In this document: piece after piece, positions 19,110 through 31,033 of the stretch
Layout of the letters: every line of letters begins with the position of its first letter
How positions within the stretch are numbered: position 1 is the first letter of the stretch
From: Minisyncoccota bacterium
GTDB taxonomy: Bacteria; Patescibacteriota; Minisyncoccia; Phycocordibacterales; UBA9973
NCBI GenBank assembly: GCA_041650615.1
Contig: JBAZKU010000001.1
Span: forward strand, 319,277-383,276
Direction: 5' to 3'
DNA length: 64,000 nt
Made by a program: the position numbers and the translations under genes
Notes under the pieces: generated by a model
Told to the model about the DNA's origin: nothing
Seen by the model: the letters and a program-made list of their open reading frames with translations, nothing else
The model's database searches: none

Positions 19110-20030
19110 TTATTTTTTTGAAATTATCTCAATAGCTTTGGTAATAAGCGGAATAATATCGTTATAAATACGAAGCTCCGGCAACTCTTTAAGCTGAAAC
19201 CAGCGAGCGTTATCCAAGCCCCCGGAGGCTCCGAGCTGGAGTTTTTGGTACTTGCTTTCTGCTAAGAAATATATAACTTTCTTTAAAGTCTTACCATTTT
19301 CCGGATGGGTCGCTACGTATTCGTTTTCTCCGATTTTTTCTCTTATGGAAATATCCAGGCCGATTTCTTCTTTTATTTTTTTAATTGTACTTTCTTCCAC
19401 ATTTTCCCCATTTTCTATTCTGCCTTTGGATAGAGTCCAATAACCAAAAACATCATGCACTAGCGCAAAAAAAATATCACTTCCTTTTTTTGCATAGACC
19501 AACGCTCCTCCCAGCTTTTCAATCGGCAATTTTGTAATATCCAAAGGTTCTTCCGCTTTTTTCTTTTTACTTATTTGTTCCTTGCCAGGTTCGCCGATTT
19601 CTTTATAGACTGCGCCTAATACACCATTTACGAATTTGCCGGAGTTTTCCCCGCCGAAAGTTTTAGCTAATTCTATCGCCTCATTAATGGCTACTTTCGG
19701 AGGCACTTGACTCCTGTCACCGAAAAGAAGCTCAGTCAATCCAATTCTTAAAATATTTCTATCTACTATGGAAATTTTATCTAATGGCCAATCGGGCGCG
19801 GCCTTTTTTATTATTTCATCAACTACTTTACTTTTTTTTAATACTTCTTCGGTTAAGGAAAAGACAAAAACATCGTCCTCCAGTCCAGGAGCGAATTCTT
19901 TAAGATTCCTATTGAGAGCTTCTTTTGTTTTTTCACTATTCCAAACTTTGCCTTTTTCTTCGGCAGTCATAAAATCCCACTCAAAAAGCGTTTGAAGTAC
20001 TATTGATCTTGAAAGGTGCCTATTTGCCAT
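19110..20030 (-). CDS. nusB: Fusion protein: NusB antitermination factor (N-terminal) + Nudix hydrolase (C-terminal)
   Basis: [29 protein letters not shown] nearly identical to E. coli Nus[30 protein letters not shown]; C-terminal ~150 aa carries a Nudix box [23 protein letters not shown] (Gx5Ex7[RK]EuxEExGu). Confidence 0.8.
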   Translation of the reverse strand: MANRHLSRSIVLQTLFEWDFMTAEEKGKVWNSEKTKEALNRNLKEFAPGLEDDVFVFSLTEEVLKKSKVVDEIIKKAAPDWPLDKISIVDRNILRIGLTELLFGDRSQVPPKVAINEAIELAKTFGGENSGKFVNGVLGAVYKEIGEPGKEQISKKKKAEEPLDITKLPIEKLGGALVYAKKGSDIFFALVHDVFGYWTLSKGRIENGENVEESTIKKIKEEIGLDISIREKIGENEYVATHPENGKTLKKVIYFLAESKYQKLQLGASGGLDNARWFQLKELPELRIYNDIIPLITKAIEIISKK

Positions 20031-20056
20031 AAATTAATGAACGATGGCGGTAGAGT

Positions 20057-20284
20057 TTATTTAGCTTCCGCCTTTTTTGCTTTTTCTTTTTTCTGTTTCT
20101 TTTCCATCTTTTTAACCAAATCCAACACTTTCATTCCGCGATAAAATCCGCAAGACGAGCAAACTGTGTGACGTTTCTTGAGATTTTTGCAATTTTCGCA
20201 CTTAACAAAATTCGTACTCATCAATGCATGATGGGAACGCCTATTTTTCGTATGCGACTTTGTATGTCTCATTCGTACTACCAT
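20057..20284 (-). CDS. rpmF: 50S ribosomal protein L32 (probable start at internal Met, MRHTKSHTK..., 20272)
   Basis: RHTKSHTKNRRSHHAL...CENCKNLKKRHTVCSSCGFYRG matches bL32 (KRRTSKSRRDKRRAH...CPNCG...HRVCPSCGYY). Confidence 0.85.
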   Translation of the reverse strand: MVVRMRHTKSHTKNRRSHHALMSTNFVKCENCKNLKKRHTVCSSCGFYRGMKVLDLVKKMEKKQKKEKAKKAEAK

Positions 20285-20365
20285 AATGTATCTTATACTA
20301 GCACATTAAAGCTAAAAAGCAAAACAGTTTTTGCGAAATAATAAAATATGATATTATGAAGATAT

Positions 20366-22159
20366 ATGGCAGAAACTGATAAATTGCATAATTTAAGGCA
20401 TTCTTTGGCTCATCTTTTGTCAGCTGCTGTCTTAGAAATGTATCCAGATACGAAAAATACTATCGGTCCTTCTATAGAGGACGGATTTTATTATGATTTT
20501 GAATTCAAAAACCCTATTTCAGATAAAGATTTGCCTAAAATAGAGAAAAAAATGAAAGAAATCTTGAAATCTTGGAAAGAGTTTCAAGGTGAAGAAAAAA
20601 CAGAAAAAGAAGCAAAGGAATATTTTAATAAGAATGAATATAAAAAAGAACTTATAGATGAAATTACTGAAAAAGGAGAAAAAATAACATTTTATACTTG
20701 TGGGACATTTACTGATTTGTGTCGTGGCGGACATTTGGAAAATCCGAGTAAAGAAATAAAACCGGATTCATTCAAACTGGACCGCGTAGCTGGAGCTTAC
20801 TGGCGCGGGAATGAAAAAAACAAAATGCTTACCCGTATTTATGGCCTTGCTTTTGAAACAAAAAAAGATTTGGAGGAATATATTAAAAAAAGAGAAGAAG
20901 CTAAAAAAAGAGACCATAGAAAACTCGGCAAAGAGTTTGATCTTTTCCATATTGATGAAATGGTTGGACTAGGACTTCCCTTGTGGCATCCAAAAGGTGC
21001 GCTACTTTGGAGAATTATTGAAGATTTTTGGTATAAAAAACATTTAGAAAACGGTTACGATTTAGTCAGAAGTCCACACATAGGAAATAAAGTACTTTGG
21101 GAAACTTCAGGTCATTGGGGTTTCTATAATAGTTCAATGTATCCCCCTTTGGAAGTTGGACAAACCCTTGAGGAAAGACAGGATAATAAAAAAGTGGAAA
21201 TTTCTGAAGAATATCTTCTAAAACCAATGAATTGTCCCTTTCATGTTCAAATTTTTAAAAACAATCCTAAATCATATAGAGAGCTCCCTTTGCGCTGGGC
21301 AGAATGCGGTACTGTTTATCGATTTGAGAAGAAAGGCGAACTTTCTGGCCTTACTCGTGTTAGAGGTTTTACTCAAGACGATGCTCATATTATTTGTCGG
21401 GCAGATCAAGTAGAGGACGAACTTAAAAAAGTTATAGATTTTATCTTATTTATGTATAAATCTTTTGGATTTGATATTGATAAAATTAAAGTATATTTAT
21501 CTGTCAGAGACCCGCAAAATGCAAAATATACTGGAACTGATGATGGTTGGAAATTTACAGAAAGCATTTTAGAAAAAGTAGCAAAAGAGAAAAAATTAAA
21601 CTATCAAAAAGATATCGGGGGAGCAGTATTTTATGGGCCGAAACTTGATTTTAAAATACAAGATGCACTCGGCAGAGAGTGGCAATGCTCAACTCTTCAG
21701 TTCGATTTCAATCTACCGGAAAGATTTGAGATGGTATTTACCAACAATGAAGGCAAGGAGGAAAAACCATACATGCTTCATCGCGCCCTGTTTGGCTCTT
21801 TTGAAAGATTCATTGGCCTTCTTGTTGAACATTATGCTGGAGCTTTTCCTTTATGGCTTTCTCCTGTGCAAGTAAAAGTTATTCCGGTGCGCGCAAATCA
21901 TAGTAAATATGCAAAAAAAGTTTTTGAATTATTAAAAGAAAACAATATTCGCGCAGAATTAGATGATGCTGATTTAAATTTAGGCACAAGAGTCCGTAAT
22001 GCAAAAAATAATAAAATCCCATATTGGATTGTTATAGGGGATAAAGAAATAGAAGCCAATAAAATAACTTTGGAATCTCGCGACAATGGACAACTTGGAC
22101 AAATGTCAGAAGAAGAACTTATTAAAAAATTATCAGAAGAAATTAAAAGTAAAAAATAG
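20366..22159 (+). CDS. thrS: Threonyl-tRNA synthetase (no N-terminal TGS domain)
   Basis: Class II aaRS motifs (FHIDEMVGLGLPLWHPKGA; GTVYRFEKKGELSGLTRVRGFTQDDAHI) and C-terminal anticodon-binding domain; starts at the editing-domain HSLAHLL region. Confidence 0.95.
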   Translation: MAETDKLHNLRHSLAHLLSAAVLEMYPDTKNTIGPSIEDGFYYDFEFKNPISDKDLPKIEKKMKEILKSWKEFQGEEKTEKEAKEYFNKNEYKKELIDEITEKGEKITFYTCGTFTDLCRGGHLENPSKEIKPDSFKLDRVAGAYWRGNEKNKMLTRIYGLAFETKKDLEEYIKKREEAKKRDHRKLGKEFDLFHIDEMVGLGLPLWHPKGALLWRIIEDFWYKKHLENGYDLVRSPHIGNKVLWETSGHWGFYNSSMYPPLEVGQTLEERQDNKKVEISEEYLLKPMNCPFHVQIFKNNPKSYRELPLRWAECGTVYRFEKKGELSGLTRVRGFTQDDAHIICRADQVEDELKKVIDFILFMYKSFGFDIDKIKVYLSVRDPQNAKYTGTDDGWKFTESILEKVAKEKKLNYQKDIGGAVFYGPKLDFKIQDALGREWQCSTLQFDFNLPERFEMVFTNNEGKEEKPYMLHRALFGSFERFIGLLVEHYAGAFPLWLSPVQVKVIPVRANHSKYAKKVFELLKENNIRAELDDADLNLGTRVRNAKNNKIPYWIVIGDKEIEANKITLESRDNGQLGQMSEEELIKKLSEEIKSKK

Positions 22160-22162
22160 TTT

Positions 22163-24235
<2,073 letters not shown>

Positions 24236-24316
24236 TTAAATCTAACTTAAAAACAAAAGCAAAACAGATTTTTGCTTAGTATATTATAGCAAAAAACAAC
24301 CCGGAAAACCAGCATT

Positions 24317-26233
24317 TTAGCGTATTTGCCAACTTGAATTTTCGCTTATTTTATGGCCTATTTTAGCCATAATTTCGTTTACCTCATCGTCTTTTAAAGT
24401 TCTTTCATAAGACTGGAAAACGAGCCTAAAAGCATATGAAGTTTTTCCATTTTTTGTGAACGAATCAAATATATACGGCTCTTGAATTAAAAGTTTTGTT
24501 CCATTATCTTTTAAAATTTTTCCCAATTTTTTAGGATCTTCTCCTTCCGGCATCCACACAGCAACGTCGCGAGAGATAAATGGATAAATAGACCAAGGTT
24601 TGAATTTCATCGGCAGAATCTTTTTTTCAGGTCCTCGGTTCCCTGGGTCCCCTACCCCAGCCAGACCATTCAAAAAAGTTTCTGCCGATTTCATGTCCTG
24701 AAAAAATTCATCAAGTGTCATTTCTTTTATTCCTTTCTTGTCGCCATAGGCAATATGCATCTCTTCCCCGCTTTTTTTGAAAATAGTTCCAATTTCAAAA
24801 ATTTTTACATCATTCATTTCAAGCAATGGCGCGTTGAGTTGATTTAATTTCAAGCTTTCTTCTAACCCATCGGCTAAATTTGTTCTCAAAAACTTTTTAT
24901 CCGAGGCGGAAGCAAGCACTTCCACTTCTCCTTTGTCTCTGAAACTATAAGTCATTACTTCTGAATATCCTTCATTTAAAAGTTTATTGCGAACCCAAAG
25001 GATTTTATAAAAATCTTCATTTATTTTTGGGGTCCATTTTATTTCAGGCCCGCCTGCATCGTTATGCGAAGCATTTCGGGCAGGTAATTCTCCCTTAATT
25101 CTGTCATAGCCTAAAATTCTAATTACTTCTTCGGATAAATCATGCGGGCCGGTGATATCAAGACGCGACAATGGCACTAAAATTTTAAACCTGCCTGCGC
25201 AGGCAGGTTCGCCATTTTCTTCTTCATATTCAAAATTTAATTTTTCCCACACATTTTCAATTTCTTTTTTTGAAAAAGAAGTGCCTAAACGTTTATTTAT
25301 ATATTCTACCGACACAAAAACAGTATTTTGTTTTGGCTTTACCGGATAAATATCCACAACTTCTTCTACATCCCCTCCTGTTAAATCAACAATTAAATTT
25401 GTCATTTCCTCCATAGTTTGCCCACAGAGGTCGGGAGTTATTTCATTCTCGTATCTTTTTACTGCATCGGTTAGAATCCCGATTTTTTGGGAAGTCTTTC
25501 TGGTAGAAATAGGATTGAAATTGGCAACTTCTATAACTATATTTTTTGTATTATTTTTTACTTCTGCTTTTATTCCTCCTTTTATTCCAGCAATAGCCAA
25601 TGGATCTTTTTCATCAGCTATTATTAAAACTGATTCATCTAAGATAACTTCTTTTTTATCAAGAGTAGTGATTTTTTCTCCTTTTTGGGCATTTCGAACT
25701 ATTATTTTTTCACTCTCCAATTTATCTAAATCAAAACAATGAATTGGCTGGCCCAAATCAAACATCACAAAATTAGCAGCATCCACAAGATTATTTATTG
25801 ATTTTTGTCCTATTACTTCCAATTTTTCTTTTAGCCAATCCGGACTTTCCCCAACTTTTACATTTCTGACAATTCGCCCCATGTAACGCAAGCATTTGTC
25901 GTCTTTTATTTCTATTTCCAGTTTCGAGTCAATGTGGCTTTTCGAATGGTCTGGCCGGGGCTGGGGCCCCGGAGATCCGAGGACCTGAGAAAAACCACTT
26001 GGCGAAGAAATTGGGAGATTAAAAATCGCCGAAATTTCTTTAGCAATTCCAAAATGCGAAAGACAGTCGTGGGCTCTGTCCGGCAAGACTTTAATTTCAA
26101 AAACAGTATCTTTTCCTACTTTTTCTATTTCCTCTACTTCAAAAGAATGAAAAACAATACCCTCGGCGATTTTCTCCGGTTTCGGCAATTTTTCTTTAAA
26201 ATAATTTTGTAGCCAATTGTAAGATATTTTCAT
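24317..26233 (-). CDS. pheT: Phenylalanyl-tRNA synthetase beta subunit (shortened form) carrying an in-frame insert
   Basis: MKISYNWLQNYFK... tRNA-binding N-terminus, B3/4 and B5 regions; ~29-aa low-complexity insertion SSPSGFSQVLGSPGPQPRPDHSKSHIDSK encoded by a GC-rich element. Confidence 0.9.
   Translation of the reverse strand: MKISYNWLQNYFKEKLPKPEKIAEGIVFHSFEVEEIEKVGKDTVFEIKVLPDRAHDCLSHFGIAKEISAIFNLPISSPSGFSQVLGSPGPQPRPDHSKSHIDSKLEIEIKDDKCLRYMGRIVRNVKVGESPDWLKEKLEVIGQKSINNLVDAANFVMFDLGQPIHCFDLDKLESEKIIVRNAQKGEKITTLDKKEVILDESVLIIADEKDPLAIAGIKGGIKAEVKNNTKNIVIEVANFNPISTRKTSQKIGILTDAVKRYENEITPDLCGQTMEEMTNLIVDLTGGDVEEVVDIYPVKPKQNTVFVSVEYINKRLGTSFSKKEIENVWEKLNFEYEEENGEPACAGRFKILVPLSRLDITGPHDLSEEVIRILGYDRIKGELPARNASHNDAGGPEIKWTPKINEDFYKILWVRNKLLNEGYSEVMTYSFRDKGEVEVLASASDKKFLRTNLADGLEESLKLNQLNAPLLEMNDVKIFEIGTIFKKSGEEMHIAYGDKKGIKEMTLDEFFQDMKSAETFLNGLAGVGDPGNRGPEKKILPMKFKPWSIYPFISRDVAVWMPEGEDPKKLGKILKDNGTKLLIQEPYIFDSFTKNGKTSYAFRLVFQSYERTLKDDEVNEIMAKIGHKISENSSWQIR
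25918..26014. mobile_element. GC-rich palindromic in-frame insertion element inside pheT (copy 1 of 2)
   Basis: Core GGTCTGGCCGGGGCTGGGGCCCCGGAGATCCGAGGACCT (25949-25987) identical, except a 1-nt indel, to a segment inside ligA; imperfect terminal inverted repeats CCAGTTTCGAGTCAATGTGGC / GCCACTTGGCGAAGAAATTGG; translated through in frame. Confidence 0.55.
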
Positions 26234-26241
26234 ATTTAAAA

Positions 26242-26952
26242 TTAAAACTGGTTAAATCTTAAATCGCCTTGATAAGCCGGGCGGATGTCCGGCATACCAT
26301 ATTTAATAACCATTAATCTTTCAAGCCCCGGACCAAAAGCAAAACCTTGATATTTTTCGGGGTCAATTCCGCAGTTTTTCAAAACATTCGGATGCACCAT
26401 CCCCGCTCCGCCCATTTCCAGCCACTTGCCGTTAAATTTCAAATCAAATTCAATGGACGGTTCGGTAAAAGGAAAAAAACTCGGACGAAATCTGAGATCT
26501 GTATCATCACCCAGTATTTTTTTATAAAAATGAGAAAGAACTCCTTTTAAATGAGCCATATTGACGTCTTCTCCGATCATTAACCCTTCAATTTGATAAA
26601 ATTGCATTTCGTGGGTCGCATCCGTCGCCTCATTGCGAAAACATTTCCCTGGAACAACAATAGCAAAAGGCGGTTTACCGCCGGACTTAATAAGATTTTC
26701 CATATAGCGAATCTGCACGGAAGAAGTATGGGTTCTTAGAACTTTTCCCTCTTCTCCTTTGATATAAAAAGTGTCTTGCATTTCACGAGCCGGATGATCT
26801 TTGGGAACATTCAGTGCATCAAAATTATGCCAAATATCTTCAAGTTCCGGGCCAGTTGCTACTTCAAAACCCAAGTCGGTAAAAATTTTTACGGCTTGAT
26901 TTATGATTATTGAAAGTGGATGTTCTCTGCCTTTGTTATTGTCTTTATCCAT
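26242..26952 (-). CDS. pheS: Phenylalanyl-tRNA synthetase alpha subunit (catalytic core only)
   Basis: Class II motifs (HPAREMQDTFYI; FRNEATDATHEMQFYQIEGL; GGAGMVHPNVL). Confidence 0.9.
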   Translation of the reverse strand: MDKDNNKGREHPLSIIINQAVKIFTDLGFEVATGPELEDIWHNFDALNVPKDHPAREMQDTFYIKGEEGKVLRTHTSSVQIRYMENLIKSGGKPPFAIVVPGKCFRNEATDATHEMQFYQIEGLMIGEDVNMAHLKGVLSHFYKKILGDDTDLRFRPSFFPFTEPSIEFDLKFNGKWLEMGGAGMVHPNVLKNCGIDPEKYQGFAFGPGLERLMVIKYGMPDIRPAYQGDLRFNQF

Positions 26953-27111
26953 TAAGAAAAATATATCATAAAAATGAGCTTTTTTCCAATATTTGCTATA
27001 CTTTATAAATGCGAAAAACTTACTGGATTTTAATCATTTTGATAATTTTCTTTGCTGTTTTGGGCCTTATTTTAGGTTGGTTAGATAATGGTCCCCAAAT
27101 GTTATCCTAGA

Positions 27112-30093
27112 TTATTTCATCATTTCCCTAAGTGAACAAAATTCACAATCTTTTTTGCTACATCGGGTATTCCAAAAAGATAAGTTTAAAATTTCATCTG
27201 CCACTTGTTTTATTTTTTCTACAAGCGTCTCAGTATCTCCTTTTGAAATTTCAAAAATTTCCTTGTGAAATTTTTCTTTTTCGTCCGGTTCAATAAAATC
27301 AATAATGCCGGATTGCATTTTTAATTTTCCATTTTCAAATCTATCCAAGAGAATTTTATAAAAAACCAACTGCCTAAAATAGTTGCCGTCGGCATTTTTG
27401 GTTTTTCCCTCTAATTCGTTTCTGGTTTTTGGTTTGCCTGTTTTGTAATCAACTACATTGACTATATTTCCGTCTATAAATTCAATCTTGTCCAAAACTC
27501 CGGTGAGCCTGATATTATCATCCAGTATAATTCCATTAATGCGAAATTCCGTCCAAATATTTTCATTCCAACTTTTATTGTATGCATCATACCATAGAGA
27601 AAGCGCCTTTTTTCCTTTTTCTAACAATTCCACAGCATCGCGCTCCCGCAGCCCCGACCTATTCAAATATCCCTCAAAACTTTCTAGGAGAAATTCTTTG
27701 CCGGTTTCTTCTTCTTTCATTCTATTGAAAAAATCATGCAGCGCCCCGTGTATTGCAGTACCGTATGATTGGGGTTTGGTCGGCGCGGAAGGAATGCGGA
27801 TAAGATTTTGGTAAAAATATTTCCACGGACATTCAAGATAGTTATTCAAGGCGGTCGGCGAGAATCCTTGTGTAACAAAAAGTTCGCGAATAAAATTTTT
27901 GTCTTTCAAACTGCTGGATTCTTCTAATTCTGTTTCAAAATTTATTTTTCTGTTTTCTTGATATTCTTTCTCATAAGTATTTGTATCGCGTATTTCTATA
28001 AATTCCGGCTTTAATTCTCCCAAGAAGGAACTTGGCAAAAGTTCTTTTCCATCTTCTCCTGTCTTGGAATAAGTGATATTAATCCCCTTTTTGGCTCGAG
28101 TTAGGGCGACATAAAATAACCTTCTTTCATCCGCATTATCATCCGCTAATTCAACTTTTTTATCAGTAAGCATATAAACTCTAGGTAAAAGTTTTAATTT
28201 ATCCAGAGAGCGTTTGTCGCCAAAGTGTCCACTATAAGCTTTTATAATATAAACATATTCAAATTCAAGCCCTTTGGCGCGATGCACCGTCATTAATCGA
28301 ACTACTCCTTTGTTTTTGTGCATTCTTTTCTTCTTTATAAAAAGATTGTGCTTTTTTACTGTTTCAATATAAATGAAAAAATCTTCCAGATTCGCATCCG
28401 GCTTTCTCAAAACCAAATTTTTTGCTTCATCAAAAAAAGAATTTATAGAATCAAATTTGCGTTCTGTCTCCGGGCTCTCCAACATTGATTTAAGGAGTTC
28501 TGACTCCCTGACTACCGTTTCAAAAATAGAAAGAAGGTCGCTGTTTTTTGATTTCTTGACCCAGTCGGAAAGTTTTCTAAAAGCGTCATTCATAGCTTCC
28601 GTATTTTGCAATTCCAAATCCTTAAAAGAATTAAGCTTGGCAAGCATATCAAAAAGCGTATATTTTTTCTTTAAACTGGCGCTTTTTATGAGTTTATAAA
28701 CATCTAAAGGTTCAACATTTAAAAGATCTATATGTAAAAATTCCGCCACTGCCCTATCATCGCCAAAATTATTTATGGCTCGAAGAATGGTCATAAGTTT
28801 TTTCACATCGGCATCCGAAAATAAATCCAAATCTGATTCAATTTGGTGTGGAATACCGACTTTTTTCATCAAATTTGAAACAGCAAAGGCGTCTTCATTA
28901 TTTCTGTAAAGCACGGCTATTTCTTCCGGTGCTATTCCGTCAGATATTTTTCTTTTAATGTCATGCGCTATAAAATATGTCTCGCTTTCCGGCGTTTCAA
29001 AAGGATAAATAAATATTTTTTCAAATTTATGTTTTGTATTGGATTTTAATGGAGAAGAATCTGGCATTAAACCGTGGGTAGAGTCCAAAATGCCTTGCGT
29101 GGAACGATAATTTTCCGAAAGAGTTATTAGTTTGGCATTTTTATAAAGGTTTTTAAAATAAAGAAAGTTTTCAAGAGAAGCTCCTTGAAATCTGAAAATT
29201 GCCTGTTTTTCGTCCCCCACTACGAAAAGATTGGGTTCCGGCGCATGATATGAAGCCAGAAGTTCTATAATTTTATTTTGTGCATTATTTGTGTCTTGAT
29301 GTTCATCAACCAAAATATATTGATGTTCTTCCTGTAAAACTTGAAGCAAGAATTTGCTTTTCCCTATTGCTTTTAATACTTCCATAATCATGTCCGAAAA
29401 ATCGTAAAACTTGTTTTTCAAAAGTTCATCTTGATAATCTTTATAAATATCAGACAGCTCTTTATTTTTTTCTATTATTTTTCCAAGTTTTTGATATTCC
29501 CCCTTCATTTTTCCTTTATATGCGCCTTTTTCATGATAAAGATCGGGGATTTTCTTAAAATTAGTTTCCTCTTCTTTTACCAGCTTTCCAAATTCTTCCG
29601 GTAATAAACCTTCCCTTTTTAAAGTAGCAACCCCCGATGAAATATCTTTGGTGTAAAGATATGGGTCACCATAGGGACGCAAAATTTTTAATGAAGTAGA
29701 ATCAATCAAAGATTCAATAATAGAAATCTGGTCCACTTCTCCTATTGGACGCGAACCGATAATTCGAGGAAATTCTTCCGGGTATTTTCTTATAATACTC
29801 TCGGCAAATGAATGAAAGGTGCTGATAATTACTTGATATGCGCGCGAACCGATAATTTCGGAAAGTTTTCGTCGCATATTTATAGAAGCGGCCTCGGTGA
29901 AAGTAAGCGCCAAAATATTTTCCGGCCTGGTATCGGTTTTTTTTAGAATATTAGCGATTCTAAGTGTGAGAATTGTGGTTTTCCCGGTTCCCGGCCCTGC
30001 CACAACCATTACCGGACCATCTATGGCATCTACGGCTTCTTTTTGGGCCTTGTTTAGCTTTTTATATTCTTCTGCAAATATTCCTTCAGTCAT
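27112..30093 (-). CDS. UvrD/PcrA-family SF1 helicase fused to a C-terminal RecB/Cas4-like PD-(D/E)xK nuclease with Cys4 (Fe-S) cluster
   Basis: Walker A AGPGTGKTT, helicase motifs (LVDEHQDTN, TVHRAKGLEF); C-terminus has IDGN...VVDYKTGKP (D..DxK), RQLVFY (QxxxY) and Cys residues ECPW + CSKKDCEFC. Confidence 0.85.
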   Translation of the reverse strand: MTEGIFAEEYKKLNKAQKEAVDAIDGPVMVVAGPGTGKTTILTLRIANILKKTDTRPENILALTFTEAASINMRRKLSEIIGSRAYQVIISTFHSFAESIIRKYPEEFPRIIGSRPIGEVDQISIIESLIDSTSLKILRPYGDPYLYTKDISSGVATLKREGLLPEEFGKLVKEEETNFKKIPDLYHEKGAYKGKMKGEYQKLGKIIEKNKELSDIYKDYQDELLKNKFYDFSDMIMEVLKAIGKSKFLLQVLQEEHQYILVDEHQDTNNAQNKIIELLASYHAPEPNLFVVGDEKQAIFRFQGASLENFLYFKNLYKNAKLITLSENYRSTQGILDSTHGLMPDSSPLKSNTKHKFEKIFIYPFETPESETYFIAHDIKRKISDGIAPEEIAVLYRNNEDAFAVSNLMKKVGIPHQIESDLDLFSDADVKKLMTILRAINNFGDDRAVAEFLHIDLLNVEPLDVYKLIKSASLKKKYTLFDMLAKLNSFKDLELQNTEAMNDAFRKLSDWVKKSKNSDLLSIFETVVRESELLKSMLESPETERKFDSINSFFDEAKNLVLRKPDANLEDFFIYIETVKKHNLFIKKKRMHKNKGVVRLMTVHRAKGLEFEYVYIIKAYSGHFGDKRSLDKLKLLPRVYMLTDKKVELADDNADERRLFYVALTRAKKGINITYSKTGEDGKELLPSSFLGELKPEFIEIRDTNTYEKEYQENRKINFETELEESSSLKDKNFIRELFVTQGFSPTALNNYLECPWKYFYQNLIRIPSAPTKPQSYGTAIHGALHDFFNRMKEEETGKEFLLESFEGYLNRSGLRERDAVELLEKGKKALSLWYDAYNKSWNENIWTEFRINGIILDDNIRLTGVLDKIEFIDGNIVNVVDYKTGKPKTRNELEGKTKNADGNYFRQLVFYKILLDRFENGKLKMQSGIIDFIEPDEKEKFHKEIFEISKGDTETLVEKIKQVADEILNLSFWNTRCSKKDCEFCSLREMMK

Positions 30094-30296
30094 AGTAATA
30101 TTATACTCTATAAAAAATAAAGACCAAAAAACAGAAATCCCCGTTAAGAATAATTTTTAGAAAGCCTTGCGCAGGAGTTTAGAAAATAAAAATGGTGTTC
30201 CATTTATTATTTTCTTGAACGACGAGCAGTTCGCTGGCGAAGCTTCGCCAGATAGATTGCTTTATAAAAATTGATTCTTCATGGAGATTTTATCTC

Positions 30297-30695
30297 TTAT
30301 TCAGTAGTTTTTCCGTCAAATTCAGGACCGTTGGCTTCTGCTTCTGCTTTTGTGGCTCGCACTATGCCGTCTTTATGATGAGCCGGAGAATAGATTGTAT
30401 AAAGTTTTAAATCTTCCGAACCGGAGGTATTAATAATGTTGTGCTGTGCCCCAGCCGGAACTACAATAACTGACCCATCGCCAAGAATATATTCATTTCC
30501 ATCTATTAAGCATTTACCCTCTCCTTTTTCAAAACGGAAAAATTGGTCATTGTCTGTATGAATTTCAGTACCAATTTCTTCATTGGGCTTGAGACTCATC
30601 AGAACCAACTGGCTATGTTTCCCGGTGTATAAAACTTTGCGAAAATTTTTATTTTCCAAAGTTTCTTTTTCTATATTTGCATTAAATCCTTTCAT
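30297..30695 (-). CDS. Cupin-domain protein
   Basis: Conserved cupin beta-barrel motifs (G-x5-H-x-D ... G-x5-P-x-G-x2-H-x3-N: HTDNDQFFRFEKGEGKCLIDG...VVPAGAQHNIIN). Confidence 0.65.
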   Translation of the reverse strand: MKGFNANIEKETLENKNFRKVLYTGKHSQLVLMSLKPNEEIGTEIHTDNDQFFRFEKGEGKCLIDGNEYILGDGSVIVVPAGAQHNIINTSGSEDLKLYTIYSPAHHKDGIVRATKAEAEANGPEFDGKTTE

Positions 30696-30990
30696 CCTGC
30701 TTAGAAGCAGGTCGCGGTCTTAATTTTTTAATAAGATACGCTCCCACTATAAATTAATATTTATAATATATTATTCCCCGGTAAAAACTGTGACCGCGGC
30801 TTCTAACGGGATTTCATATTCAACTCTCGACTTGTTATAAGTTTAGCACAAATAATTTTAATCCCTTATCTAATCAAGTGCTTAAGAGGCAAAATAACAT
30901 TAAATAATGAGAATATTAACCTAATCAAGCAAAAAATGTTTAATAGGGTTGCCACTGTATCACGACACAGTAGCTGTTTTATTCTGAACA

Positions 30991-31017
30991 AAAAAAACGG
31001 GCACCCGCCCGGTTTTT
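30991..31017. terminator. Bidirectional Rho-independent terminator (CGGGC-ACCC-GCCCG flanked by A7 and T5)
   Basis: aaaaaaaCGGGCacccGCCCGgttttt; on the minus strand lies directly after the 31034..31429 gene. Confidence 0.5.
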
Positions 31018-31033
31018 CCGATACCACGCTCCC

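Noticed and set aside
30696-30990. Possible small RNA gene (SRP, tmRNA, RNase P) in the 338-nt cupin upstream region
   Set aside because: Several short hairpins (CTGCTTAGAAGCAG; GTCGCGGTC...GACCGCGGC) but none of the conserved SRP, tmRNA or RNase P sequence blocks could be recognised by eye; left unannotated.
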